Shown piece by piece: positions 29,867-39,333 of a DNA stretch of 64,000 nucleotides. The notes under the pieces are model-generated. The model worked only from the letters and a program-made list of their open reading frames with translations, ran no database searches and was not told where the DNA came from. Made by a program: the position numbers and the translations under genes. Position 1 is the stretch's first letter, and every line of letters begins with the position of its first letter. The DNA comes from Chloroflexota bacterium (GTDB taxonomy: Bacteria > Chloroflexota > Anaerolineae > J102). The stretch spans positions 23,050-87,049 of the forward strand of contig JAYRVO010000064.1 in the NCBI GenBank assembly GCA_041918515.1, written 5' to 3'.

Positions 29867-30901
29867 ATGACCCCACAACCTGGCCTCGTACTCCTCTTCG
29901 GCTCTGGCGAGACCGCCCACAGCGGGCACAAAACCTGGGATTGGCTTCTCCGTCGCCTCCCCCCCTCGCCCAATCTGGCCATCCTCGAAACTCCCGCCGG
30001 CTTCCAGCCCAACTCCGCCCTGGTCGCTGGCGAGATCGCCGCCTTCCTGGAACACCACCTGCGCAACTACGCCCCGCGCGCCACCGTCATCCCCGCCCGC
30101 AGGCGCGCCACCCCCTTCAGCCCCGATGACCCCGCCATCGTCGCGCCACTGTGTCTCGCCGACGCCATCTTTCTCGGCCCCGGCAGCCCCACCTATGCCG
30201 TGCGCCAACTACGCGACAGCCTGGCCTGGCGCTTCCTTGTAGCCCGCCATCGGTTGGGCGCACCCATCGTGTTCGCCAGCGCCGCCGCCCTTGCCGCCAG
30301 CACCCACACCCTCCCCGTCTACGAAATTTACAAGGCGGGAGAAGAACTGCATTGGCAGCCGGGCCTTGATTTCTTGCAACCATTTGGCCTCGACCTTACC
30401 TTCATCCCGCACTGGAACAACCAGGAAGGCGGCGCCAACTTGGACACCAGCCGCTGCTTCATGGGTCAGGAGCGCTTTGCCGCCCTCCAAGCCCTTCTTC
30501 CCACCGACGCCATCATCGTCGGCATCGACGAACACACCGCCTTGATCCTCGATCTGGCTGCGGAGGAGGCCAGGGTGCAGGGGCGAGGCGCCGTCACCCT
30601 GGTGAGAGGCTGCCAGACAACCATCTATCCCAGCGGCGCCCGCTTTCCTCTGCGCAGATTGGGTGACTATCAGGCCGTGCGCTTGCCCGACCTCAGCGAG
30701 AATCTACCCTTCGATCTCCGGCCCTCGCCTTCGACGCCATCCCCTCCCCCGCCCGATGTGCTTGCGCTCGTCGAAGCGCGCGAAAGCGCACGCCAGCAGA
30801 GCGACTGGGCGCGCGCCGACGCTCTGCGCAGCCAGGTGCAGGCGCGCGGTTGGCACATCCGTGACACCGCCGCGGGGCCTGCACTCAGCCCGGTCGTTTA
30901 G
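29867..30901 (+). CDS. hypothetical protein; C-terminus resembles the CysRS C-terminal helical module
   Basis: LVEARESARQQSDWARADALRSQVQARGWHIRDTAAGP resembles ..ARK.KDWA.AD.IRD.L...G..LEDT..G. The N-terminal domain is unassigned. Confidence 0.4.
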   Translation: MTPQPGLVLLFGSGETAHSGHKTWDWLLRRLPPSPNLAILETPAGFQPNSALVAGEIAAFLEHHLRNYAPRATVIPARRRATPFSPDDPAIVAPLCLADAIFLGPGSPTYAVRQLRDSLAWRFLVARHRLGAPIVFASAAALAASTHTLPVYEIYKAGEELHWQPGLDFLQPFGLDLTFIPHWNNQEGGANLDTSRCFMGQERFAALQALLPTDAIIVGIDEHTALILDLAAEEARVQGRGAVTLVRGCQTTIYPSGARFPLRRLGDYQAVRLPDLSENLPFDLRPSPSTPSPPPPDVLALVEARESARQQSDWARADALRSQVQARGWHIRDTAAGPALSPVV

Positions 30902-31269
30902 CACCGCCCACGCAATGACTCGTTTGGCGTCGTCAGAAATCCATGCTATACTCGCCGCCAACTGTGAAAGAGCGCCACGAAACAGGCATCACTCCTCTTC
31001 ACAGCCTTGCTGAAACCGCATTTGTGGTGATTTGGCTTGCTGTTCTGTCGCAAGCCGCCAATCGAACATGGCATGATGCCCGGAATTATGCCCGCTCTGG
31101 GGGTGGTTGGTTGTAGATTTGGGTGAGACCGATCCCAGGGTGAAGAAAACGCTGGTCGTTCTGGTTCAGCGCACAAGGAGGCACAAAAAAGCGATAGAGA
31201 TCGATAGTCCTACATTCGCCGTCATAGACTTCCCCGCTCTTTCTTCATCACACTCCGAAGGAGGATAAC

Positions 31270-33018
31270 GTGAACAAACCGCAAGTCGACAAGAAGCAGA
31301 TGGAGACCATCCATCCTGCTATCCCGGCCGCCTACGAACAATTGGAGCAGGGCCGTATCTCTCGCCGCGAGTTCCTGCGCTTTGCTACTTTGCTAGGCAT
31401 GTCTGTCGGCGCCGCCAGCTTCGCTGCCGCCTGCGCAGGGGGAGGCGCTGCCCCTGCTGCCACAGTCGCCCCTGCTGCCACCGCCGCTCCTGCCGCCACC
31501 GCGGTCCCGGCTGCCTCGGCCATCAAGCGCGGGGGTGTGTGGACGTGCTCGATGCAGCTCCAATTGCTCGACCATCCCGCTCGCCTTTCCTGGGTGGAAG
31601 GCGCCAACATCGTGCGCCAGACCAACGAATATCTGACCGAGACCGGCCCCGACAACATCACCCGGCCCTATCTGCTGGACAAATGGACCGCCAGCGATGA
31701 TGTCAAGACCTGGGACCTGTTCCTGAAGAAGGGGATCAAGTTCAACAATGGGGACGAGCTAACCGCCGATGACGTCATCTTTACTTTTGGGGAATGGCTG
31801 AACCCTGATGTAGGTTCGTCGATGTTTGGTTTGCTTTCCTACCTCTATGTCCTCGATGCCGAGGGCAAGAACATCACGAAGGGTGGCATGACAAACATCG
31901 AGAAGGTCGATGATTATCACATCCGCCTGCATCTAGAGTCGGCCAACATCGCCATCCCCGAACACCTCTTCCACTATCCCGCTGTGATCCTGCACCGCAA
32001 ATTCCAGGGCGACATCGTCAAGGAGCCGGTGGGCACAGGGGCGTTCACGCTCGAAGAATACGCTGAGGGTGAGCGCGCCCGCTTCAAGCGTCGTGCCGAC
32101 TATTGGCAGATGGGCGAGGATGGGCAATCGTTGCCCTATTTGGACGAGCTGATCTTTGTTCATACTGACAAGGACGCTGGCGTCGCCGCCCTGCAGTCGG
32201 GCCAGGTGGATACCATGTACGACCCGCGTCCACAGGATTTCCAGGCGCTCAAGGAGAACGCCAGTCTGGCCGTATATCCTGCCAGCACAGCCCAGGCGCT
32301 GATCTTGCGTATGCGCGTGGACATGGATCCTTGGTCGGACGTGCGCGTGCGCACCGCCCTCAAGCTGTGCCAGGATCGCCAGAAAATCATGGATCTGGCC
32401 TACTTCGGTCAAGGCGACCTCTCCATCGACGCCCACGTGGCCCCGGCTCATCCCGAATACTGCGAGCGACCCATCCCAGCCTATGATGTGGCCGCGGCCA
32501 AGGCCCTATTGGAGGAATACGCCAAAGAAAAGGGCGTCACGCTGCCTCTAAAAGTCTCGTTGGCCACCAAGAACGATCAGAACGAACCAGAGATCGCTCA
32601 GGCCCTCAAAGAACTGGCTGCCCCTGCCGGCTTCGAGATCGAACTTGACATCACCGAACCAGGTGGTTACTGGGACCGTTGGACCGAGGTGCCCTTGGGC
32701 ATTACTTCGTGGACCCACCGACCGCTTGGCACCATGGTGCTACCACTGGCCTACACCAAGGAATCGATCGGCGCCTGGAACGAGACCCGCTGGTACGATG
32801 ACGAGTTCGGAACTATCCTCAAGCAGGCTGAAGGTACGCTGGATGTGGAAAAGCGCCGCGCCCTCTTCTGCCAGCTCGAGGACATCATGCAGGAACGCGG
32901 GCCTATCGGCAACGCCTTCTGGAAGAAGATATGGAACATCACCAACAAAAAATTCCATAACGTGGTTGGACATCCCACAGCCTACTACCTGATGAACACC
33001 GTCTGGAAAGAAGCATAG
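31270..33018 (+). CDS. ABC transporter substrate-binding protein, family 5 (peptide/nickel/oligosaccharide type), Tat signal
   Basis: RREFLRF twin-arginine motif. Ala/Pro-rich linker. SBP_bac_5 architecture (~580 aa). Confidence 0.85.
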   Translation: MNKPQVDKKQMETIHPAIPAAYEQLEQGRISRREFLRFATLLGMSVGAASFAAACAGGGAAPAATVAPAATAAPAATAVPAASAIKRGGVWTCSMQLQLLDHPARLSWVEGANIVRQTNEYLTETGPDNITRPYLLDKWTASDDVKTWDLFLKKGIKFNNGDELTADDVIFTFGEWLNPDVGSSMFGLLSYLYVLDAEGKNITKGGMTNIEKVDDYHIRLHLESANIAIPEHLFHYPAVILHRKFQGDIVKEPVGTGAFTLEEYAEGERARFKRRADYWQMGEDGQSLPYLDELIFVHTDKDAGVAALQSGQVDTMYDPRPQDFQALKENASLAVYPASTAQALILRMRVDMDPWSDVRVRTALKLCQDRQKIMDLAYFGQGDLSIDAHVAPAHPEYCERPIPAYDVAAAKALLEEYAKEKGVTLPLKVSLATKNDQNEPEIAQALKELAAPAGFEIELDITEPGGYWDRWTEVPLGITSWTHRPLGTMVLPLAYTKESIGAWNETRWYDDEFGTILKQAEGTLDVEKRRALFCQLEDIMQERGPIGNAFWKKIWNITNKKFHNVVGHPTAYYLMNTVWKEA

Positions 33019-33180
33019 TTTGGCGTATAGCGTATTTCGTATTACGTGTTCCGTAGCAATCACCCTGAGAGATACGAAATACGTAATACGGGATAAAATT
33101 ATTGCGTATTGCGTATTTCGTAGGAATAACGCACCATTCCAAGAAATACGCAATACGTAATACGCAACACGCAATACAAC
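33019..33180. repeat. CGTAATA/CGCAATA-family heptamer hairpins
   Basis: gcgtatttcgtattacgtg..., ...gaaatacgtaatacgg..., ...attgcgtattgcgtatttcgtagg...gaaatacgcaatacgtaatacgcaacacgcaatac. Confidence 0.85.
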
Positions 33181-33202
33181 CCCTCCTCCAGGAGACACAC
33201 TC

Positions 33203-34501
33203 ATGGCGCGATTTCTGCTGCGCAGCGTTCTTTCGACTATTGTCACCATGCTGATCGTCTCCATCACCCTCTTCTTCTTCCTGGAAGTGGGGTCAGGAGA
33301 CATCACGGTGAAGCTCCTGGGCATCGAATCGACGCCGGAACAGCGCGCCTCCTATCGGGCGCAGTTGGGCCTCAATGCCCCGGCCTGGCAGCGCTATCTC
33401 GATTGGCTGATCGGCAGCGATTGGCGAGTCAAGCGTCAGGTGGGGCATCGATTGGTCACGACCAAGAATCCGCAGACGGGCGAGGCAGAGTGGTGGGTCG
33501 AGGAGAACGGTGCGCTGGTGCGCTGGGAAATGAAGAATGGGGAAATGATAGTTTTCCGACGACAAGCAGACGGCACAGCCAGCCAAGAGCCGGCCACAGT
33601 TACGTGGATCACGAATGAAAAAGGCGAGCAGATCTTTTGGGGCGTCAACACCGACAACAGCGCCGTGATGTGGGTGAAAGGATCGGGAGAGACGGTGTGG
33701 GTGCGCACGAAAGCTGGGTTTCGCAAAGAAGGCGATGGCCCGCGCGAGTATATCCCGTTGCGTAAAGGCTTGATCCGCCTTGATGCCGGTAAATCCTTGC
33801 AGACGGGACGCCCCGTGGCGGTCACCCTGTTCCCGCGCGTCCGCAACACCCTGGTGTTGGCCGCCGTCGCCTTTCTCATCGTCATGCCTTTGGCCCTCAT
33901 TCTTGGCGTCGTGGCTGGCACCAACGAGGGCAAGCCCACCGATCGCACCATCTCCATCGGCGGCCTGGCGCTGACAGCTACGCCCGAGTTCGTCACCGGC
34001 ATTTTCCTCATCCTCATTTTCGGCGTGTGGCTCAAGATATTTCCCGCTGTCGCCATTTTTACCAGCGCCAACGCTATTTTCGAAAACCCGAAGCTGCTGG
34101 TTCTGCCCGTGCTGACGCTCACCGCCGCTGAATTGGGCTATGTGGCGCGCATGACCCGCGCCAGCATGGTCGAGGTGATGGATACCGCCTACATCCGCAC
34201 CGCCATCATCAAGGGCATGCCCCGCCGCCGGGTGATCATGAACCACGCCCTGCGCAATGCTTTGTTGGCCCCCATCACCATCATCATGCTGCATGTCAAC
34301 TGGCTGATCGGCGGCGTCGTGGTGGTTGAGTCGATCTTCGGCTATCCTGGCCTGGGCACGTATATCTATCAATCGGCCATCTTCGGCGACATCAACGCCG
34401 TCGAAGCCGCCGCCATGCTCATGGTCATCATCGCTGTCATCACGCGTCTGCTGGGTGATTTTGCGTATACGATGTTGAATCCGCGCATTCGGTATTCGTA
34501 A
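33203..34501 (+). CDS. ABC transporter permease (OppB/DppB type) with large periplasmic insert
   Basis: N-terminal TM helix, then a 170-aa loop, then the EAA-like MTRASMVEVMDTAYIRTAIIKG permease signature. Confidence 0.85.
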   Translation: MARFLLRSVLSTIVTMLIVSITLFFFLEVGSGDITVKLLGIESTPEQRASYRAQLGLNAPAWQRYLDWLIGSDWRVKRQVGHRLVTTKNPQTGEAEWWVEENGALVRWEMKNGEMIVFRRQADGTASQEPATVTWITNEKGEQIFWGVNTDNSAVMWVKGSGETVWVRTKAGFRKEGDGPREYIPLRKGLIRLDAGKSLQTGRPVAVTLFPRVRNTLVLAAVAFLIVMPLALILGVVAGTNEGKPTDRTISIGGLALTATPEFVTGIFLILIFGVWLKIFPAVAIFTSANAIFENPKLLVLPVLTLTAAELGYVARMTRASMVEVMDTAYIRTAIIKGMPRRRVIMNHALRNALLAPITIIMLHVNWLIGGVVVVESIFGYPGLGTYIYQSAIFGDINAVEAAAMLMVIIAVITRLLGDFAYTMLNPRIRYS

Positions 34502-34582
34502 GTAGAGATTAGAGATTAGAGATTGCAATCTCCAATCTCTAATCTCTAATCCCCAATAACCAATCTCCAATAACCAATAACC
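34502..34582. repeat. GAGATTA / CCAATAA heptamer hairpin
   Basis: gtagagattagagattagagattgcaatctccaatctctaatctctaatccccaataaccaatctccaataaccaataacc. Confidence 0.85.
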
Positions 34583-34585
34583 ACC

Positions 34586-35512
34586 ATGGCCCTCGCCCAA
34601 CCCCTCGCCTCTTCGTCGCCCCGCCCATCCCGTTGGCAACGGACGTGGAAGAGCCTGTCCATCGTTTTCGAGTCGCGCGTCGCCACCGTTGGCCTGGTCA
34701 TCGTCGTCTTTTGGTTTACGGTCGGCATCCTCTCGCTGTTCTGGACGCCGGCCCTGCCCAATGCCCAGCTTTTCAAGCCGAACCTCAAGCCAAATGTCGT
34801 TAACTGGCTGGGGACGGACAACCTGGGCCGCGACGTGACCTCGCGCCTGATGGTGGGCACGCAAGTGATCTTGTTGAAAACCCGGTTGCCCGGAGAGAGG
34901 GGCATCGTCATCCCCGGCGGAGTGGCGCTGTGGGGCGTGTTCGGCGCGCTGGTGCTCGGCTCCATCCTCGGCCTGAACGCTGGCTATCGTGGCGGGTGGT
35001 GGGATCAGAGCATCATGCAAGTGCTCGATGCTTTGGTGGCATTTCCGGCCATCGTGCTCTATCTCGTCATCATCACGGCCTTCAGCCAGGGCGATCTCGT
35101 GGTGATCTTCGCTATCACGATCACCGGCGCGCCCGGCATGGCGCGCTTGGTGCGCAGCCTTACGCTCGATATCAAAACGCGCGACTACATTCGCGCCGCC
35201 GAGACGCGTGGCGAACGTTTGGGCTGGATCATGTTCCGCGAGATCCTGCCCAATGCCCGCGGCCCACTGCTGGTGGATGCCACCCTGCGCGTGGGCTACG
35301 CCATCTTCGCTATCGGCACCCTGGGTTTTTTGGGCGTGGGCTTACCCCCGCCCGACCCCGATTGGGGCAGTATGGTCAACGACGCCCGTCGCTATATCTT
35401 CGCCAATGCCTGGGGCGTCATCCCGCCTTCGGTTGCCATCGCCTCTCTGGTCATCGGTCTGAACCTTTTGGCCGACGGCCTGCGCGAGGAACTAGCGCGC
35501 TATCAGAGATAG
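34586..35512 (+). CDS. ABC transporter permease (OppC/DppC type)
   Basis: Six TM helices. ARLVRSLTLDIKTRDYIRAAETRG EAA motif. Confidence 0.85.
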   Translation: MALAQPLASSSPRPSRWQRTWKSLSIVFESRVATVGLVIVVFWFTVGILSLFWTPALPNAQLFKPNLKPNVVNWLGTDNLGRDVTSRLMVGTQVILLKTRLPGERGIVIPGGVALWGVFGALVLGSILGLNAGYRGGWWDQSIMQVLDALVAFPAIVLYLVIITAFSQGDLVVIFAITITGAPGMARLVRSLTLDIKTRDYIRAAETRGERLGWIMFREILPNARGPLLVDATLRVGYAIFAIGTLGFLGVGLPPPDPDWGSMVNDARRYIFANAWGVIPPSVAIASLVIGLNLLADGLREELARYQR

Positions 35513-35622
35513 ACGAGGCTGGACGAAGATAGACGAAAGTTGACGAAAACGCGCGCACCCGCCCTCCGCCCCCTGCCCTCTGATCTCTGATTTCTGACCT
35601 CTGATTTCTGATCTCCGCCCAC

Positions 35623-37773
35623 ATGACCGCACCGACACTGAATTGGACCATGCAAGAAGAACCTCGCGACCGCGGCGGCCCCATCCTCAAGATCGAGAAC
35701 CTGGCTGTCGCCTACAAAATCCGTGGCGGCGAAATCGAAGCCGTGCAGGACGTATCCTTCGAGATTCACCGCGGCGAAAACCACGGCATCGTCGGCGAGT
35801 CGGGCTGCGGCAAGAGCACCGTGGCTTGGGCTATTCTCAATTTCTTGGGCGCCAACGGCTACATCAAGCGCGGCTCGGTCAAATTCTTGGGCCAGGAATG
35901 GGCGGGCAAGAGCGAAGAGGAACTCCGCCGGCTGCGAGGAGACCAGATCGCCATGGTTTTTCAAGACCCGATGCAGGCGCTGAACCCTTCGATGCGCATC
36001 GGTGAGCAGATGAAAGAAGTGCTCATGGTGCACCGCGGCGTCACCGCCGAAGAGGCCGAGGATCGCTGCATCAAAATGCTGGAGCGGGTGTACATGCCCG
36101 ACCCGGCCAACGTCCTGCGGCGCTACCCCCACCAGATTTCCGGTGGACAGCAGCAGCGCATCGTCATCGCCACCGCCTTGCTCAACAACCCTGCCCTGCT
36201 GATCATGGACGAGCCGACCACCGCCCTCGATGTCACCGTAGAGGCGGCTGTGCTCGATCTGATCGCCGATTTGCAACGCGATTTCGACACCGCCATCATG
36301 TTCATCACCCATAACCTCGGCGTGGTCGCTCGCGTCTGCGACAAGGTGGGGGTCATGTATGCGGGCGAGATGGTGGAGCGGGGAACGGTGCAGCAAATCT
36401 TCAAACAGCCCCAACACCCCTACACCCAGGGCCTCATGCGCTGCCTGCCCCGCCTGGGCAAAGACAAAGCCAGCAGCGTGCTCTATCCCATCCCTGGCCG
36501 CGTGCCCCCGCCCCATGCTCGCCCCGCTGGCTGCATCTTCAGCCCTCGCTGCGACTACGTCCAGGCTCGCTGCCAGGAAGAACGCCCCAAAGTGCGCCAA
36601 CTCCCCAACGCCGTGCAGGTGCGTTGCCATTTTGCCGAGGAAATCGACCCAGGGCGCTGGCAGCCACCGGCCGCGTTGGGCGCCGATCTCTCGCAACCCG
36701 CCGCGATCCCGGCGGCCACGTCTGGCGAAACCATCCTCAAGATCGATAGCCTGCAAAAGCACTATCCGGTGGTGGGCAACTCGCTGCAGGACGTGCTGGG
36801 GCGGGGGCAGAAACGCTTCGTCAAAGCGGTGGAAGGCGCTTCCTTCTCGGTGCCCAAAGGACGGACGCTTGGCATTGTGGGCGAGTCGGGCTGCGGCAAG
36901 AGCACTTTGGTCAAAACCATCATCGGCCTGGAAAGCCCAACCGCCGGCAAAATGGAGTTCATGGGCTTCGACATCACCAACGAACTCTCGAAGCGGGATG
37001 TCAAGATCATCCAGGAACTGCAAATGGTCTTCCAGAACCCGGATTCGACCATGAATCCATCGTACACCGTCGGCCAGCAGATCGGGCGGCCCATGCTGCG
37101 TTTCGGCGTCGCCTCCAAGAACGAGGTGCGGGACAAAGTGGTGCAGATTTTACAGGCCGTGCGCTTGGGCGAGAACTACTTCGACCGCCTGCCCCGCCAA
37201 CTCAGCGGCGGCGAAAAACAGCGCGTCGGCATCGCCCGTGCTTTGGCCTCTCGCCCCGACCTGGTGCTGTGCGATGAGCCTGTCAGCGCCCTCGATGTCT
37301 CGGTGCAAGCGGCCATCCTCAACCTGCTGCTGGATGTGCAGCGGGAATTTGGCACTACCCTCATCTTCATCGCCCACGATCTCAGCGTCGTCCGCTTCTT
37401 CTCGGACGATGTGGCGGTGATGTATCTGGGCCAGATCATGGAGATCGGCCCCGCCGAAGCCATCTACGCCCCGCCCTACCATCCCTACACCGAGGCCCTG
37501 CTCTCGGCCGTACCCATCCCCGACCCCACCATCCAGCAAAAACGCATCCGGCTGGAAGGGAATGTGCCCAGCGCGCTCAATCCGCCCAACGGCTGCCGCT
37601 TCCACACCCGCTGCCCTCGGCGTCAGCTTCTGCCCGAAGGCGGAAAAATTTGCGAAACCGTCATCCCGCCCTGGCAAGAGACCAGCGACGGCCATCGCAT
37701 CTTCTGCCACATCCCGCTGAATACATTGCGCACTTTCGATCCCGTCATCACTTCCTCTGCCACAGCGAGTTGA
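35623..37773 (+). CDS. ABC transporter ATP-binding protein, fused tandem ATPase (DppD-DppF type)
   Basis: Two Walker A sites (GESGCGKST twice), two LSGGQQQRV/LSGGEKQRV signatures and C-terminal oligopeptide-ABC extensions. Confidence 0.9.
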   Translation: MTAPTLNWTMQEEPRDRGGPILKIENLAVAYKIRGGEIEAVQDVSFEIHRGENHGIVGESGCGKSTVAWAILNFLGANGYIKRGSVKFLGQEWAGKSEEELRRLRGDQIAMVFQDPMQALNPSMRIGEQMKEVLMVHRGVTAEEAEDRCIKMLERVYMPDPANVLRRYPHQISGGQQQRIVIATALLNNPALLIMDEPTTALDVTVEAAVLDLIADLQRDFDTAIMFITHNLGVVARVCDKVGVMYAGEMVERGTVQQIFKQPQHPYTQGLMRCLPRLGKDKASSVLYPIPGRVPPPHARPAGCIFSPRCDYVQARCQEERPKVRQLPNAVQVRCHFAEEIDPGRWQPPAALGADLSQPAAIPAATSGETILKIDSLQKHYPVVGNSLQDVLGRGQKRFVKAVEGASFSVPKGRTLGIVGESGCGKSTLVKTIIGLESPTAGKMEFMGFDITNELSKRDVKIIQELQMVFQNPDSTMNPSYTVGQQIGRPMLRFGVASKNEVRDKVVQILQAVRLGENYFDRLPRQLSGGEKQRVGIARALASRPDLVLCDEPVSALDVSVQAAILNLLLDVQREFGTTLIFIAHDLSVVRFFSDDVAVMYLGQIMEIGPAEAIYAPPYHPYTEALLSAVPIPDPTIQQKRIRLEGNVPSALNPPNGCRFHTRCPRRQLLPEGGKICETVIPPWQETSDGHRIFCHIPLNTLRTFDPVITSSATAS

Positions 37774-37777
37774 AAAC

Positions 37778-38434
37778 ATGCTCGTCCAAGATTGCATGAC
37801 CCGCCACCCCATTCTGATCTCGGCCAAAACGCCCGCTGCCGAAGCGCAGCAGATCATGGTCGAAAACAATGTCCGCCATCTCCCGGTCGTGAGCGACGGC
37901 AAGCGCCTTGTCGGTCTGGTAACCCGGCAATGCCTGACTATCAAGCCTGACGCGCTGGCAAGCCTGAACGTTTGGGAGATCTCGCGCTATCTGGCCAACA
38001 TGACAGTGGATCGGGTGATGGTGAAAGCCGAGCACACCATCACCATCGGCCGCGACCGTACGGTCGAGCGGGCGGCGAAAGTGATGACCGAACACAAGAT
38101 CGGCTGCCTGCCCGTGATCGAAGATGATGTGGTGATCGGCATTCTCTCCGAGACCGATCTGCTGCGGGCGTTCCAGGAGATGTTAGGCATCCGCTCCGAG
38201 GGCATTCGCGTCACCGTGCGCGTGCCTGACCGCAAAGGCGAATTCGCCAAGATTTTCGGGGTGGTGGCGGCGCACGGCTGGGGCATCATGGGCGTGGGCA
38301 GCTTCCCGTCTCGGCGCGCGCCTGGGTTCTACGATATGGTGCTCAAAATCACGGAGGTCACGAAGGAGGAAGTCATTTCCGCCTTGAGCGCGATTCCCGA
38401 ACAGGAGATCGTGGACGTGCGGACGGCAGTGTAG
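37778..38434 (+). CDS. CBS domain pair plus ACT domain protein
   Basis: Two CBS motifs (VRHLPVV.., KIGCLPVIEDD..) plus a C-terminal ACT-like region. Confidence 0.7.
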   Translation: MLVQDCMTRHPILISAKTPAAEAQQIMVENNVRHLPVVSDGKRLVGLVTRQCLTIKPDALASLNVWEISRYLANMTVDRVMVKAEHTITIGRDRTVERAAKVMTEHKIGCLPVIEDDVVIGILSETDLLRAFQEMLGIRSEGIRVTVRVPDRKGEFAKIFGVVAAHGWGIMGVGSFPSRRAPGFYDMVLKITEVTKEEVISALSAIPEQEIVDVRTAV

Positions 38435-38466
38435 GTCTCGGTTAGCCGATAGGCTTCGTCGCGAGC

Positions 38467-39324
38467 TCAGCCGAGCGGTATCCCCAAAGCCTTGATCTTG
38501 TCGGTCAGGTTTCGCTTGGCCAACGCCAGCAGGCTGATGGGCAGGTGCTCGATGATGACATAGCCGCCGGGCAGCGTTTCGTGCGCGCGCCGGAGCACAG
38601 TGTCCACATCCATCATGCCTGTCCCCACCACCGTCTCGGAGATATGGAGGACGAAACGGTCTTCGAGATAGAAATCCTTGACATGCACGGTGTCGGCGAA
38701 GGGGCCGAGCAAATCGAACATTTCGTGGATCATGGGCGCGGGGTTGCAGGCGATCTGCAGATCGGCGACAAAATTGACGGGATCGAGGTTCACCTTCAGC
38801 CGGTCGGAGCCGATACGGTCGATGATGCGACGAACGGTGGGGGCGTCTTTGAGCAAGGTGGTCTGGTGGACTTCCAGGATGATATCGATGCCGTAATCGT
38901 TGGCTGTCTCCAGAATTTCGGCCAGGCTGCGGACGAAGCGGTCTTCAGTTTCAGGCTTGTAGTTGTCGGGATGGGGCCACCAATCGCCGCGCGGGTTGAG
39001 ACTGGTGGGGCGTATGCCTGAGCCGGGGACGCCCAGTTTGGCCGCCAGCTTCACGCTCGCGCGCGCCTGCGCCACGCCAGCCTGGCGCACGCTCTCGTCG
39101 GGGGTGATGAGGCAAGGGTAGAGCGGCCACAGTTGTAGGAATTCCAGGCCCTGGTCGGCAAAGGCGGCCTTGACGTTGGCGATGGTGCGCTCGGAGATGG
39201 TCTCAGCGGGAGCGGTCAGGTGTGCGCCGAGGCCGTGGAAGCCAAGTTCGGCGGCAAAACGAATGTTGTTGTAGTCGACGTCGGTCAGATCGCCGACGAT
39301 CAGGCCCAAGGCGCCAATTTTCAT
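38467..39324 (-). CDS. sugar phosphate isomerase/epimerase (xylose isomerase-like TIM barrel)
   Basis: 285 aa with the AP-endonuclease-2/xylose-isomerase-like layout (ILEVHQ..., HVKDF...). Confidence 0.7.
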   Translation of the reverse strand: MKIGALGLIVGDLTDVDYNNIRFAAELGFHGLGAHLTAPAETISERTIANVKAAFADQGLEFLQLWPLYPCLITPDESVRQAGVAQARASVKLAAKLGVPGSGIRPTSLNPRGDWWPHPDNYKPETEDRFVRSLAEILETANDYGIDIILEVHQTTLLKDAPTVRRIIDRIGSDRLKVNLDPVNFVADLQIACNPAPMIHEMFDLLGPFADTVHVKDFYLEDRFVLHISETVVGTGMMDVDTVLRRAHETLPGGYVIIEHLPISLLALAKRNLTDKIKALGIPLG

Positions 39325-39333
39325 AACGATTCC

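Noticed and set aside
30902-31269. Possible riboswitch or sRNA in the long leader upstream of the ABC substrate-binding protein
   Set aside because: I could not recognise any known riboswitch consensus or a convincing conserved structure by eye. Left unannotated.
33293-35020. 575-aa minus-strand ORF across the ABC permease genes
   Set aside because: Antisense to two permeases with canonical TM/EAA motifs. No motifs. GC-skew frame artefact.
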